Source: Candidatus Multivoradales bacterium
Lineage (GTDB): Bacteria; Acidobacteriota; Thermoanaerobaculia; Multivoradales; JAHEKO01
Direction of reading: 5' to 3'
NCBI GenBank assembly: GCA_965248055.1
Contig: CBDFIJ010000004.1
Coordinates: forward strand, 2,848,001 to 2,912,000
Length of the DNA stretch: 64,000 bases
Positions within the stretch are counted from its first letter, which is position 1. Each line of letters opens with the position of its first letter. The notes beneath the pieces were generated by a model. It had not been told where the DNA came from, made no database searches, and worked only from the letters and a program-made list of their open reading frames with translations. The position numbers and the translations under genes are program-made. Below, in pieces: positions 37,351 to 47,002 of this stretch.

Positions 37351-38351
37351 GCCTCAGCTCCTACAGTTACGCCTTGTTCGCTAGCTTCCACAGTCGCCAG
37401 CTCGGCTGCGCTGAGTCGAGAGTCGATGCTCTCGGCGACAGATTGCGTCCGCCGCACCCGTTCCGTTAGTTCCGGCAAGCTGGTGGAAAAGCGGCCAAAC
37501 TTGATCCGGTCACAACCGTCGAGTAGTTCGCGAACTTCGAGCCGAGAGTTGTCAGAGACCGGCAGATCAGAAAGGTCGCGAAGTATTTCTGCGTTGGTGT
37601 GCTCAAGCCCCCGCATTCCGGTCCGACGCCCAAGGAACTGGCGTAGAGAAACACTCAAACCGGCATGGGCGACGTCCGGTTGGCGCGGATCGAGGCCTTT
37701 GAGGGCGCGGCGCAAGTCGGTCAAAGGGTCATTGATCTGCCGCAGAGCTTCTTCGGTTAGGAAGCCGCCAGCACGATGGGCTAGCCACGCTCCGGCGATC
37801 GCCAACACAGCCAAGGCACCTGCGAGCTGCCAAAAGGTCTTGCCGACCGGCCAGTTCCTGAGCGGAACCGGGGGTTGCAGTGAGATCTCACGATCCTCGG
37901 GCAATACCGAAGAGACAAGCCAGCGGACCGGTTCGGCCGCCAGTAGCGATTCGCTTCCGTGGGTGGAGTCGACAATGGTGATTTGCGGTTCCGGAAGCTC
38001 GACCGCTCCAGGTCGAAAGGAACGAAGAGTAACGATCTGCCGCCAGGTGGTGCCACCACCCGCATCCTCCGAGGAAGGGGTGCCGGCGGCGACAATCTCA
38101 GCGTTATCAAAATCTTCCGGTAGCCAACTCTGAGTCCAATCGTCGGCCGAGACTTCCTCTCCCGGCGCGAGTTGGACTTCAAACACCAACTGCACCGCGT
38201 CGCCGACCGTGATTCCGTCTTCTGGAGTTTGCAGTAGGCGTAAGGTTGCGGCGTCTGTGCTCGCTGAGAGCACACCCAGGAGAATTCCAATCACAGGGAT
38301 CGCGGTGACTCGGACCCGGGGTCGAGGCCAAGAACTAGCGTTGCAACTCAT
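37347..38351 (-). CDS. Bat-operon hypothetical membrane-anchored protein
   Basis: Signal peptide, Ig-like domain, TM, C-terminal LRQFL…EHT..EI…D.IKF domain; conserved position between DUF58 and batA. Confidence 0.75.
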   Translation of the reverse strand: MSCNASSWPRPRVRVTAIPVIGILLGVLSASTDAATLRLLQTPEDGITVGDAVQLVFEVQLAPGEEVSADDWTQSWLPEDFDNAEIVAAGTPSSEDAGGGTTWRQIVTLRSFRPGAVELPEPQITIVDSTHGSESLLAAEPVRWLVSSVLPEDREISLQPPVPLRNWPVGKTFWQLAGALAVLAIAGAWLAHRAGGFLTEEALRQINDPLTDLRRALKGLDPRQPDVAHAGLSVSLRQFLGRRTGMRGLEHTNAEILRDLSDLPVSDNSRLEVRELLDGCDRIKFGRFSTSLPELTERVRRTQSVAESIDSRLSAAELATVEASEQGVTVGAEA

Positions 38352-39280
38352 CGCGCGAGTCTCTTGCGCCGGCGCTCAAAGAATTGCATCAGGGTCTGCA
38401 TGTAGGGTCGATCGGTGCGCAGGGTCAGATGATCGACTCCGAGTTTGCGAAAGCGGTCGGACCAAGCTTCGCGGTCCGCTTGCCGAGCTTGCTGCACTTG
38501 CTCCGCGAATCGTCGACCGGAAACCATCGCTTGCCGACCGGTCTCAGCGTCGGCGACCAGCACCGGGAATCGGGTCACCGGGGGTTGGTGGTCTTTCGGG
38601 TCGTAGAGCTCAACCGCGATCAGGTCGTGGCGAGCTGCCGCGGCTGCCAAGGCGCTCCCGGCTTCGACACCGACGAAGTCGGAGATCAAGAACACAACGC
38701 TCTTGTGGTCGAGGGATCGCAGAACTTGGTTGAGTCCAGCTTGTAGGTCGGTGCCGCCCTCGGCGGGATGGTGCAGCAGTTCCCGGACCATTCTCAAGAC
38801 ATGGTTGCGCCGTCGATCGGGGGGCAGGAAAACATCGACCCCTTGGCTGACCAGAGCTGCGCCAACCCGGTCTTGATTGCGAATGGCAGCGAAGGCAAGT
38901 AGCGCGGACACCTCGGCTGCCAGTTCCCGCTTGAGGATCGCGTGGGAGCCAAAAGACAAACTGCCAGAAACATCGACCACCAAAAACACGGTCAAGTCGC
39001 GTTCCTCAACAAACTGCTTGACGAACGGCGTGCCCATACGAGCGGTAACGTTCCAGTCAATCGATCGCACGTCATCGCCCGGGTGATAGGCGCGCACTTC
39101 GGAAAACTCCATACCGCGGCCACGAAACGCCGAGTGATACTCCCCGGCGAGCCCTTGATCCACCAATCGATTGGTGGTGATCTCGATCCGCCGTACCTTG
39201 GCTAGCAGGTCGCTAGGGATTTTGCTGGTCGAGTTCTTAGCGGCAGAACTCTTGGTCGCGGTGTTGGTCGTCAAAGCCAA
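38348..39280 (-). CDS. DUF58 domain protein
   Basis: GEYHSAFRGRGMEFSEVRAYHPGDDVRSIDWNVTAR, EERDL, DVSGS. Confidence 0.95.
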   Translation of the reverse strand: MALTTNTATKSSAAKNSTSKIPSDLLAKVRRIEITTNRLVDQGLAGEYHSAFRGRGMEFSEVRAYHPGDDVRSIDWNVTARMGTPFVKQFVEERDLTVFLVVDVSGSLSFGSHAILKRELAAEVSALLAFAAIRNQDRVGAALVSQGVDVFLPPDRRRNHVLRMVRELLHHPAEGGTDLQAGLNQVLRSLDHKSVVFLISDFVGVEAGSALAAAAARHDLIAVELYDPKDHQPPVTRFPVLVADAETGRQAMVSGRRFAEQVQQARQADREAWSDRFRKLGVDHLTLRTDRPYMQTLMQFFERRRKRLAR

Positions 39281-39315
39281 AGTCCAGGTCGAAGGGAGGC
39301 AGACCTAAAGTTGGG

Positions 39316-40329
39316 TTAGGGGATTTGCACCAGATCGAGCAGACGTTGCACCAGATTGTCGCTGGTGACTTCCTCGGCTTCCGCTTCAAAGGTTGGGATC
39401 ACTCGATGGCGCAGTACGTCGGGGGCCATCATCTTGACGTCTTCCGGGACCACGTAGCCGCGCCCCGCCAGCAGCGCTGTGGCCTTGGCTGCACGCGCGA
39501 GAAACAGGGTTGCCCGAGGGGAAGCACCAAAGGCCAGCAAGTGTTCTAGGTCGCCAGCACCATACTCTGCCGGTCGACGGGTCGCGGCGATCAGGTCGAG
39601 GATGTAGCCGCGTAGTTTCTCGTCCAAGTAGATCCGCTCCACAGCGGCTCGCAGTTTGCGGATCTCCTCGGAATTGGCGACCGGCTGCACATCAAACTCT
39701 TGATCCACCATCATGCGGTCGAGAATCTCAGCCTCCTCGGCGCGACTGGGATAGTCGATTTTGAGCTTGAGCATGAACCGGTCAACTTGGGCTTCGGCCA
39801 GCGGATAGGTGCCTTCCTGTTCGATCGGGTTTTGCGTTGCCAGCACCATGAACGGGTCGTCCAACACGAAGGTGCTATCACCGATGGTGATCTGACTTTC
39901 TTCCATCGCTTCGAGTAGAGCTGATTGCACTTTGGCGGGTGCTCGATTGATCTCGTCGGCCAGAAGCAAGTTGGTGAACATCGGCCCCTTACGCGGGTGA
40001 AAAGAACTGGTCGCCGGATCGAAAACTTGAGTCCCCACCAGATCGGCGGGCAGTAAGTCTGGGGTGAATTGGACTCGACCGAAATCGACATCCAATGATC
40101 GAGCCAAGGTTTTCACTGCCAAGGTCTTGGCCAGGCCGGGCACGCCCTCGATCAACAGATGGCCGTGGGTGAGCAGTCCGACTAGCATCCGGTCCACCAA
40201 ATACTGCTGGCCTACGATCACCTTGCGCATCTCTTGCTCGATGCGCTTCGCGGTCTGGATCTCGGCGGTGAAATCCTCGTTCGGAGAGATAGGTTCGACC
40301 GCCTCGGCGGCTTGTGGATTCAGTTCCAT
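39316..40329 (-). CDS. moxR: MoxR family AAA+ ATPase
   Basis: EGVPGLAKT, RVQFTPDLLPADL, DEINRAPAKVQSALLEAM, ATQNPIEQEGTYPL; start re-set to MELNPQ. Confidence 0.95.
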   Translation of the reverse strand: MELNPQAAEAVEPISPNEDFTAEIQTAKRIEQEMRKVIVGQQYLVDRMLVGLLTHGHLLIEGVPGLAKTLAVKTLARSLDVDFGRVQFTPDLLPADLVGTQVFDPATSSFHPRKGPMFTNLLLADEINRAPAKVQSALLEAMEESQITIGDSTFVLDDPFMVLATQNPIEQEGTYPLAEAQVDRFMLKLKIDYPSRAEEAEILDRMMVDQEFDVQPVANSEEIRKLRAAVERIYLDEKLRGYILDLIAATRRPAEYGAGDLEHLLAFGASPRATLFLARAAKATALLAGRGYVVPEDVKMMAPDVLRHRVIPTFEAEAEEVTSDNLVQRLLDLVQIP

Positions 40330-40601
40330 GACAGTCCTCGCGTTCAGTTCAATGCTTGAGACAGGGCTTACAACGCATACCACCAAGAAATTGGGGAGCG
40401 GTGTCCAGCTGCGCAGTCGGTATTGCTGCAATCTCAATGCCCATGCGGTCGGTCGATATTTGCTCTGGATAGGGGTTTCAGTATGGAGTCTAAGTCACTA
40501 CGTGTATTGATCTTAAGGGTTCCCATTAGAAAATCGCTGCCCACTGTTTTGCGCCAAAAAGGCAGCACGGCTGTTGGTATGGAGGGTGGTAGCGTGGAGC
40601 G

Positions 40602-41441
40602 ATGGTGAGAATCGACTCCAGCCCACCGGAACAATCTGTTCCGCTGTTACGCAAGGGGCTAGGGCAGCACCACTTGCGCGATCCGCAACTGTGCCAACCG
40701 GTGATCGAGTTCATACAACCCATTCGTCGACCGGTGTTGGAGGTCGGCAGTGGCGGCGGAGTTTTGACTCAAGCCTTGGTCGGATCCGGAGCCGCTGTGG
40801 TGGCCTTGGACCTGGATCTCCATTGGTTGGTAGAGGGCCGTCGTCGACTGGCGAAGAATGCTGAAACGGACTCGCCACGGCAGCCGATTCACTGGCTGGC
40901 GGCCGACGCGCTCCAATTCGATTGGCGACCGGTACCCGCAGACTGGTCGGTGGTCGGCAATCTGCCCTACAACGTCGCAACGCCGATCATTCGGGCGGTG
41001 TTGCGGCAGGGGAGTGTCGGGCGCATGGCGTTTTTGATTCAGAAAGAAGTTGCACAGCGGATCATCGCCAGCCCAGGTTCCAAGAACTACGGGTTGTTGA
41101 GTTTGATGGTCAGTTGGTGGGCTGAGGCGTCTATTTTGGGAACCGTCAAACCGGGCAGTTTTCATCCACCTCCCAAGGTCGATAGCCAGTTCGTGGGATT
41201 GGTTCGTCGCCGGCCTCCAGGGGCAACCGACGAATACCAGCAGATGCTCGAAGTCGCGTCGTTGGCTTTCAGCCATCGCAGGAAGACTCTGGCTAACTCA
41301 TTACGCGCTCGGTTTGCCACCGACCGAGTGACGGCTTGGTGTTGCGAGGCTGGTCTGTCGCCAACCACCAGGCCGGAGAATCTTTCTTTGGAGCACTATC
41401 GGTCTCTGGCCTCGAAGCTATTTGCTGAAGCTCCTCGTTGA
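40602..41441 (+). CDS. rsmA: 16S rRNA adenine dimethyltransferase RsmA/KsgA
   Basis: LGQHHL, VLEVGSGGG, VGNLPYNV, QKEVA.R, F.PPPKVDS, RRKTL.NSL. Confidence 0.93.
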   Translation: MVRIDSSPPEQSVPLLRKGLGQHHLRDPQLCQPVIEFIQPIRRPVLEVGSGGGVLTQALVGSGAAVVALDLDLHWLVEGRRRLAKNAETDSPRQPIHWLAADALQFDWRPVPADWSVVGNLPYNVATPIIRAVLRQGSVGRMAFLIQKEVAQRIIASPGSKNYGLLSLMVSWWAEASILGTVKPGSFHPPPKVDSQFVGLVRRRPPGATDEYQQMLEVASLAFSHRRKTLANSLRARFATDRVTAWCCEAGLSPTTRPENLSLEHYRSLASKLFAEAPR

Positions 41442-41524
41442 CCGTTTGACCCTGCTAGAGTTGGCGCGATTCCTCTCGATTTTCGAGGATCTGGACTGAG
41501 TTAGGAAACCGTAAGGCAGGATCT

Positions 41525-43870
41525 GTGCCACGCAAGACAGCTAACACCACCAAAGCCACTACCAAGCCCAGTTTGGCTCCGGGCAAGAGCCAGGAGCTGT
41601 TCGGAATCCTGCTGATTGCGGGTGGCTTGATCTTGGCGATTGCGGTCGCCACTTACTATCCGCATGACCCCAGCTTGCTGTTCCGCACCAGCGAAGAGTC
41701 AACCGGGGTTCGCAATGCGATCGGGCCTTTCGGTGCCAATCTCGGCGCTCTCGCCTTCGGCCTGTTCGGTGTCACCATTGTTGCCACTCCGCTGTTGATG
41801 CTTTGGGCCGGGATCCGAAGAATGCGCAAGAGTCGATTTGAGCCAGTGTTTGGGCGCGGATTTGGCGTCGTGACGCTGTTGTTCTTCTTGCCCGCACTGC
41901 TGGCTTTGGTGGTTGGTGACCTACGCTGGCGGGGAATTGATATTCCTTCCGGTGGCGCCATTGGCACTTTGATGACCGAAGCTGCCGAGCCGCGCATCGG
42001 TGCGGTGGGTTCGCTGGTGGTTTTTGTCGCCGGATTTTTGGTTGCCTTGGTGCTGCTGATTCAGTCGACCATGAGCGAAGTAGTGGGTGGTTGGGGGCGG
42101 CGCACCAAGAGCGCAACCGATGGAGTCGGCCTGAGCCTGACCCGTCGGCGCGAGCGTCTCAATAAAGCCAAGGCTCGGCGCAAAGTGGTCAACAAACAAG
42201 TGCGCCGCGCGCAAGAACGGCGCAAGAAGGCCAAGCCGGAACGCGTCGACCTGCCCTTGCGGGTGACCGAGAAGAGCGGCGAAGGCAGCTTTGGCGTGCG
42301 CAGGGTGGCCGGGGATGGCTCTACCAACAGCGTAGGTCGGATGCAGAAAGAAATCGCTTTTCCTAAGACCAAAGGCAAGCGCATCCTGCCGCCCGCGGAT
42401 TTACTGAAGACCGAAGCCCCCAAGGCCTGGATCGAAGAAAACGAGCTGATCCGATTGGGAGAGGTGATTCGGCAGCGGTGTTCGGAGTTTGGAGTCGAAG
42501 GGACAATCGAGGGCATCGCCCCCGGGCCGGTGATCACGGTATTCGAGTTCCAGCCCGCGCCTGGGGTCAAGGTCAGTCAGATCATCAACCTACAAGACGA
42601 CCTAGCGCTGGCACTTAAGGCCGAGTCGGTGCGCATTGATCGCCTCCCGGGACGCTCCACGCTGGGCATCGAGGTCCCCAATGACACTCGCTCGACGATT
42701 CACCTGGGATACCTGCTGCAGCGTGAAGAATTCCAAGCCTCACGGTCGCGTTTGACGATGGCGATTGGCGTCAACATGCACGGTGAGCCCTACTATGCCG
42801 ACCTCGCCACCATGCCTCATCTGTTGGTTGCAGGTGCCACTGGAGCCGGCAAAAGCGTCGGCCTACAGAGCATGATTACCTCGATCTTGCTCAACGCAAC
42901 TCGCGAAGAAGTGCAGTTCATCTTCATTGACCCCAAGCGCGTGGAACTCGGGGTCTACGCGGATATTCCACACCTCAAAACCGAGGTGGTGGTCGACCCC
43001 AAGAAGGCTGCCAACGCACTGCGCTGGGCGGTGACTGAGATGGAGCGTCGTTACCGTTTACTGGCCGAAATCCACGTTCGTTCGATCGCTCAGTACAACC
43101 AAGCGGTGCTCGACCCAGAGGTGCAAAAGCGTTTGGCCCTGACCGATGAAGAAGAAGAACGCGAGATCGACGAACTGCAGCCGCTGCCGTACTACGTCAT
43201 CGTCATTGACGAGCTCGCCGACTTGATGATGGTAGCTTCGTCGGAAGTCGAATCGTCGATTGCCCGACTGGCGCAGATGGCCCGAGCGGTCGGGATTCAC
43301 TTGATTATTGCCACCCAAAGACCTTCCGTGGACGTGCTCACCGGAACCATCAAAGCCAATTTCCCGTGCCGTATCGCTTATGCCACCACCACGCGTATTG
43401 ACTCGCGGACGATCCTTGATCAGAGCGGGGCTGAGCAGCTTCTTGGTCGCGGAGACGCTTTGTTTATGCCGCCGACCAGTTCTCGCCCGATTCGCGTTCA
43501 CGGCGCTTACATCAGCGAGCAAGAAACCGCGACCTTGATCCGTTGGCTGAAGAAACTTGGCAAGCCAGAGCTGGATCTCTCGGTGGTCAAGGCACCGGTC
43601 GAGGAGCGCTCTGGAACCGGTGCCGCAGGCGGAGCAGACGATCCGATGTTCGATGACGCCGCTCGGTTGGTGGTCTCCGAGGGCATGGCCTCCGCGAGTT
43701 TCTTGCAGCGCCGCATGCGCATTGGGTTCTCCCGTGCTGCTCGACTGATTGACATGATGGAACAAGACGGGCTGCTCGGTCCGCCCCGAGGTTCCAAACC
43801 TCGGGAGGTTTTGGTGAAGCCGGATTTTTTTGACGAGTGGGAATCGATGCGGAGAGATGTCGAGGGTTAG
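41525..43870 (+). CDS. ftsK: DNA translocase FtsK
   Basis: 4TM N-terminus, MPHLLVAGATGAGKS, DELADLMM, ATQRPSVD, gamma domain LQRRMRIGFSRAARLID. Confidence 0.97.
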   Translation: MPRKTANTTKATTKPSLAPGKSQELFGILLIAGGLILAIAVATYYPHDPSLLFRTSEESTGVRNAIGPFGANLGALAFGLFGVTIVATPLLMLWAGIRRMRKSRFEPVFGRGFGVVTLLFFLPALLALVVGDLRWRGIDIPSGGAIGTLMTEAAEPRIGAVGSLVVFVAGFLVALVLLIQSTMSEVVGGWGRRTKSATDGVGLSLTRRRERLNKAKARRKVVNKQVRRAQERRKKAKPERVDLPLRVTEKSGEGSFGVRRVAGDGSTNSVGRMQKEIAFPKTKGKRILPPADLLKTEAPKAWIEENELIRLGEVIRQRCSEFGVEGTIEGIAPGPVITVFEFQPAPGVKVSQIINLQDDLALALKAESVRIDRLPGRSTLGIEVPNDTRSTIHLGYLLQREEFQASRSRLTMAIGVNMHGEPYYADLATMPHLLVAGATGAGKSVGLQSMITSILLNATREEVQFIFIDPKRVELGVYADIPHLKTEVVVDPKKAANALRWAVTEMERRYRLLAEIHVRSIAQYNQAVLDPEVQKRLALTDEEEEREIDELQPLPYYVIVIDELADLMMVASSEVESSIARLAQMARAVGIHLIIATQRPSVDVLTGTIKANFPCRIAYATTTRIDSRTILDQSGAEQLLGRGDALFMPPTSSRPIRVHGAYISEQETATLIRWLKKLGKPELDLSVVKAPVEERSGTGAAGGADDPMFDDAARLVVSEGMASASFLQRRMRIGFSRAARLIDMMEQDGLLGPPRGSKPREVLVKPDFFDEWESMRRDVEG

Positions 43871-43984
43871 CCTTGAATTGACCTTGGAAATTCGGTGGCA
43901 GGCACCGAGGTTTCAAACAACTCAGAATTTGTGCCTCCAAGGTGGCGCCAACTTGGCGGGCGAGAACCCGAGTAGGCCGATTCC

Positions 43985-46030
43985 GTGAAGAGGGAGAGAT
44001 CGCGTCTACGCGAGCTCGGCCAAAGCTTGGCGAAGTTTCCCAAAACTATCTTGGGCGTCCTGGTGGTGCTCGTAGTGCTGTTACTGGCCTACCTGATCGG
44101 CGCCAACTGGTTCCTCAACAGTGAGTGGGGTAAGGCCAAGCTCAACCGCAAGCCTGAAAAACTCAGTATGCAGTGGCAGCGTGCCTGGACTTGGTGGCCG
44201 GGGGTGATTGAGGTCGCCGGTCTCAAACTGGAAGGACACAATCGCCGAGCAGATTGGAGCGCCAGCGTCGAAGACGGCAAAGTGTGGATATGGCTGCCGT
44301 CGTTGATCGGTAAGCACGTCAACATCCTGCGTTTTCCGGGACAAGGGGCGGAGATTGAGGTCGCCTTGCTCCCACCTCCAGACAGCCCACCCCCGGCGAA
44401 GAAAAAGCGTGGATGGCGCATCACCCTGGATAGTCTGCGCATCGACCACCTCCGGCGATTCAAGTTCGCGCCCTATGAGCTTACCGGCGACGGCAATCTT
44501 CACGGACAGGTCAACTTCCGGGTTCGTGAATCGATGCAGTTTGATTTCCGCAAGCTTTCCTTTAACCAAGCCCTGCTGACGGCGGCCGGCGAAACTGCGG
44601 CAGAAGGAATAACCCTGGAAGCGAGCGCTTCGATTGACCAATTCGCCGTGGGTTCAGACACCATCAAAGACCTGCTAGCCAGTTTGACGGCTGAGTTTTT
44701 GCTCCAGGCTGAGTCGGCGCATCTGGGGTTTTTGGACGTCTACCTAGCCACCGTGCCGATGCTGCGGGTGGATGGGCAAGGGCCGCTGACCTTGAATATC
44801 GCGGTCAACGAGGGTCTGCTCTCTCCCGATAGCCAGTTTCGTCTTGAGGGTCCGATCGTCTCGGTTGACTACGCGGGTCTGCGAGCGGTTGGTAATGGCA
44901 GCGTGGTGGGCTCGGTTTTGGCCGAAACCAACAACACCCAAATGTTGGCGACCCTGGAGACCTTTTCGGTCTTTCGATCGGTGGATATGGCCACCTTGGC
45001 CCAGGGGCAGAAACTGCAAGCCAAGATTCTCAATGACTCGATCGCGATCGATCAACCGGCCTCGGGGATTGCTATCGAAATCGAACTGCCTCCCGCCCAC
45101 GTCCCCAACTTGGCGGCTTTTGACGCCTACGTTCCTGCTTCCACCGGTCTCACCGTAACCGGGGGAGAGGCGACCTTCGCCGCCCAACTCTCCTACGACA
45201 GCGTCAGCCAGTCCGGCACCGGATCACTGGCGCTGTCGGGAGATGCCATGCAGGCGGCATTTTCAGATTTGCAGCTCACTGCCAGCACTGACCTCAAAGC
45301 GGTCTTCCCGATCGTCGAAATGGATGAAGGTCGAGTCGGGATTTCAGGAACCGAACTCAATATCTCTGACGTGGTGATCCGTCGTGGGGCACAAGTCCGC
45401 GACCGGGGATGGTGGGGCCATTTTCGTGTAGCCGAGGGCGACGTTCGTTGGACCCCGCAGTTGTTGGCGAATCTGCCGGTGTTGGGCGATCCTTCCAAGG
45501 GTCAAGACAGTCCCACAGGCAAGAACTCAGACCTGGTTATCGAGGTCTCGACTCCTGGGGTCGAAGGTAGCGTTGAGGCCAGTGCCGGTGAGATGGCTAA
45601 GAACACCTCCGACGGTGAGCGCAGCACCCTGGTCGAACAACTGCGCCAATCAGCTTTGATTGAAGCCAGCATCTCCGCTGATCTTCGCGACACCGGCCCG
45701 GTCACCGCCTTGATCCAACAGCGCGCCCCCAAACTCTCTTGGATTGACGGCGTGCTCACCGTCGAAAACGTCAGCGTTACCGCCGATGTCCGCTTGCAAG
45801 AGGCCGATGTCAGCCTGCACGACCTACGCTTGATCGGTGGCCGCAAAGGGCGGCTGGAAATCCTCGGCCAACTCGAACTGCACGAGAAAGAAGAAGAAGG
45901 GGTCGTCTTTGCTCGCTTCGGCCCGTTAAGCGCTGCGGTCAAACTCGACCCCGGTGAGCGCGACTGGAAACTGACCAAGTCGCGGGCTTGGTACGACCAG
46001 CAGGTGGTATCGCTGGCTCACCGGCAATAG
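43985..46030 (+). CDS. Hypothetical beta-rich envelope protein with N-terminal membrane anchor
   Basis: 681 aa, single N-terminal TM, alternating hydrophobic beta-strand pattern, genome-typical codons. Confidence 0.75.
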   Translation: MKRERSRLRELGQSLAKFPKTILGVLVVLVVLLLAYLIGANWFLNSEWGKAKLNRKPEKLSMQWQRAWTWWPGVIEVAGLKLEGHNRRADWSASVEDGKVWIWLPSLIGKHVNILRFPGQGAEIEVALLPPPDSPPPAKKKRGWRITLDSLRIDHLRRFKFAPYELTGDGNLHGQVNFRVRESMQFDFRKLSFNQALLTAAGETAAEGITLEASASIDQFAVGSDTIKDLLASLTAEFLLQAESAHLGFLDVYLATVPMLRVDGQGPLTLNIAVNEGLLSPDSQFRLEGPIVSVDYAGLRAVGNGSVVGSVLAETNNTQMLATLETFSVFRSVDMATLAQGQKLQAKILNDSIAIDQPASGIAIEIELPPAHVPNLAAFDAYVPASTGLTVTGGEATFAAQLSYDSVSQSGTGSLALSGDAMQAAFSDLQLTASTDLKAVFPIVEMDEGRVGISGTELNISDVVIRRGAQVRDRGWWGHFRVAEGDVRWTPQLLANLPVLGDPSKGQDSPTGKNSDLVIEVSTPGVEGSVEASAGEMAKNTSDGERSTLVEQLRQSALIEASISADLRDTGPVTALIQQRAPKLSWIDGVLTVENVSVTADVRLQEADVSLHDLRLIGGRKGRLEILGQLELHEKEEEGVVFARFGPLSAAVKLDPGERDWKLTKSRAWYDQQVVSLAHRQ

Positions 46031-46154
46031 ACCCACATAGAGACCTTGGGTTTTAAGGTCATTAGCCGCGCTTTGATACCACTGACAACTCAAGGCGACG
46101 GTTCTTGGCGCCTAAGCGGACCTTGCTGAACTCGATTGGCGCCTCGCGATCGGA

Positions 46155-46433
46155 CTACCTGCAGACGATTTGGAAGGTGTAGCGGTCCTTGTCGCCGTCG
46201 TCTTTGTGGTACCGCTTGATGTTGATTCCCACCATCACGCCACCGTCGGATCCTGAGTTGGGGCAGGCGAGTTCAAGGGTCTCCTTCCTGTCACCGGCGG
46301 AGTTTCCTTGGTAATCACTCAACCACTCCGAACCGTTGACGAACAGGTTATAGATGGTAGCCGAACAGTCGGAATAGGGTGACAGCATCCCGATTCCCTT
46401 CTGTTCATGCTGCGCGTATCGATAGGTCGCTCT
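46155..46433 (-). pseudogene. Possible 3' remnant of a truncated gene
   Basis: Stop-free frame with good GC3 (RATYRYAQHEQKGIGMLSPY…YTFQIVCR) that begins abruptly next to the AT-richer lectin/thiaminase segment. Confidence 0.35.
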
Positions 46434-46611
46434 TTACTTTTCGTCAACTCCGTAGATAGCTGCTGACCTTAGAGCAGTGGGGTGTGCCCGTTTGGGTTGC
46501 GCAACACAGCATGGCTCTATACAGTAAATCGCAAGTCGGTTAACAGAAGTTGGCGAGCGTCCAGAGTTCGCTGCAAATGTCGGGAGAGCTTTCTCCGGCA
46601 AAAGGAGCACG

Positions 46612-46992
46612 ATGATGGCGACAAAAACGATTCCTTTGGAACTGATTCCGCAGGGTTGGTATATGTCTTGGTTCATGGCCACCCAAGCGGCATTCAACAT
46701 TTGCGTGACGCTTGGCGATAGCGCTGCCACTTACGTCAATAACCAATGTCGCCAGAGCACCAGTTTTGGCACGGTGGCGGAAGGCTTTGCCCAGGTTCAG
46801 GGTGTCAGCGTGACCTTGAACGTGGATATCTCCAGCAGCGATGAGATTTTGGTCGTCAACCACCCGGTGGTGGTGCCCAACGTCAAAGGTCTAGCAGTTG
46901 CCCAGGGTTATGTGTTTGCCTTCGAGGATGCAGATGACCAGGATTTCAACGACTTGTACTGCACTATTATGGCGTGGAAGAGCGTCGGCTGA
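46612..46992 (+). CDS. LecB/PA-IIL-like calcium-dependent lectin (putative)
   Basis: AAGGAG RBS; ~125-aa all-beta protein, no signal peptide; FEDADDQDFNDL matches LecB Ca-binding loop SEDGTDNDYNDA, followed by W…G C-terminus. Confidence 0.65.
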   Translation: MMATKTIPLELIPQGWYMSWFMATQAAFNICVTLGDSAATYVNNQCRQSTSFGTVAEGFAQVQGVSVTLNVDISSSDEILVVNHPVVVPNVKGLAVAQGYVFAFEDADDQDFNDLYCTIMAWKSVG

Positions 46993-47002
46993 GGGTAATG
47001 CT

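Noticed and set aside
31680-40329. MoxR-DUF58-VWA-TPR cluster as a novel system
   Set aside because: Matches the described Bat (Bacteroides aerotolerance)-type operon in order and content
46435-46610. TPP riboswitch upstream of the lectin-thiaminase cassette
   Set aside because: Lacks the CUGAGA and CCUGAU/GCG.AGGGA core; only a simple hairpin before the RBS is seen
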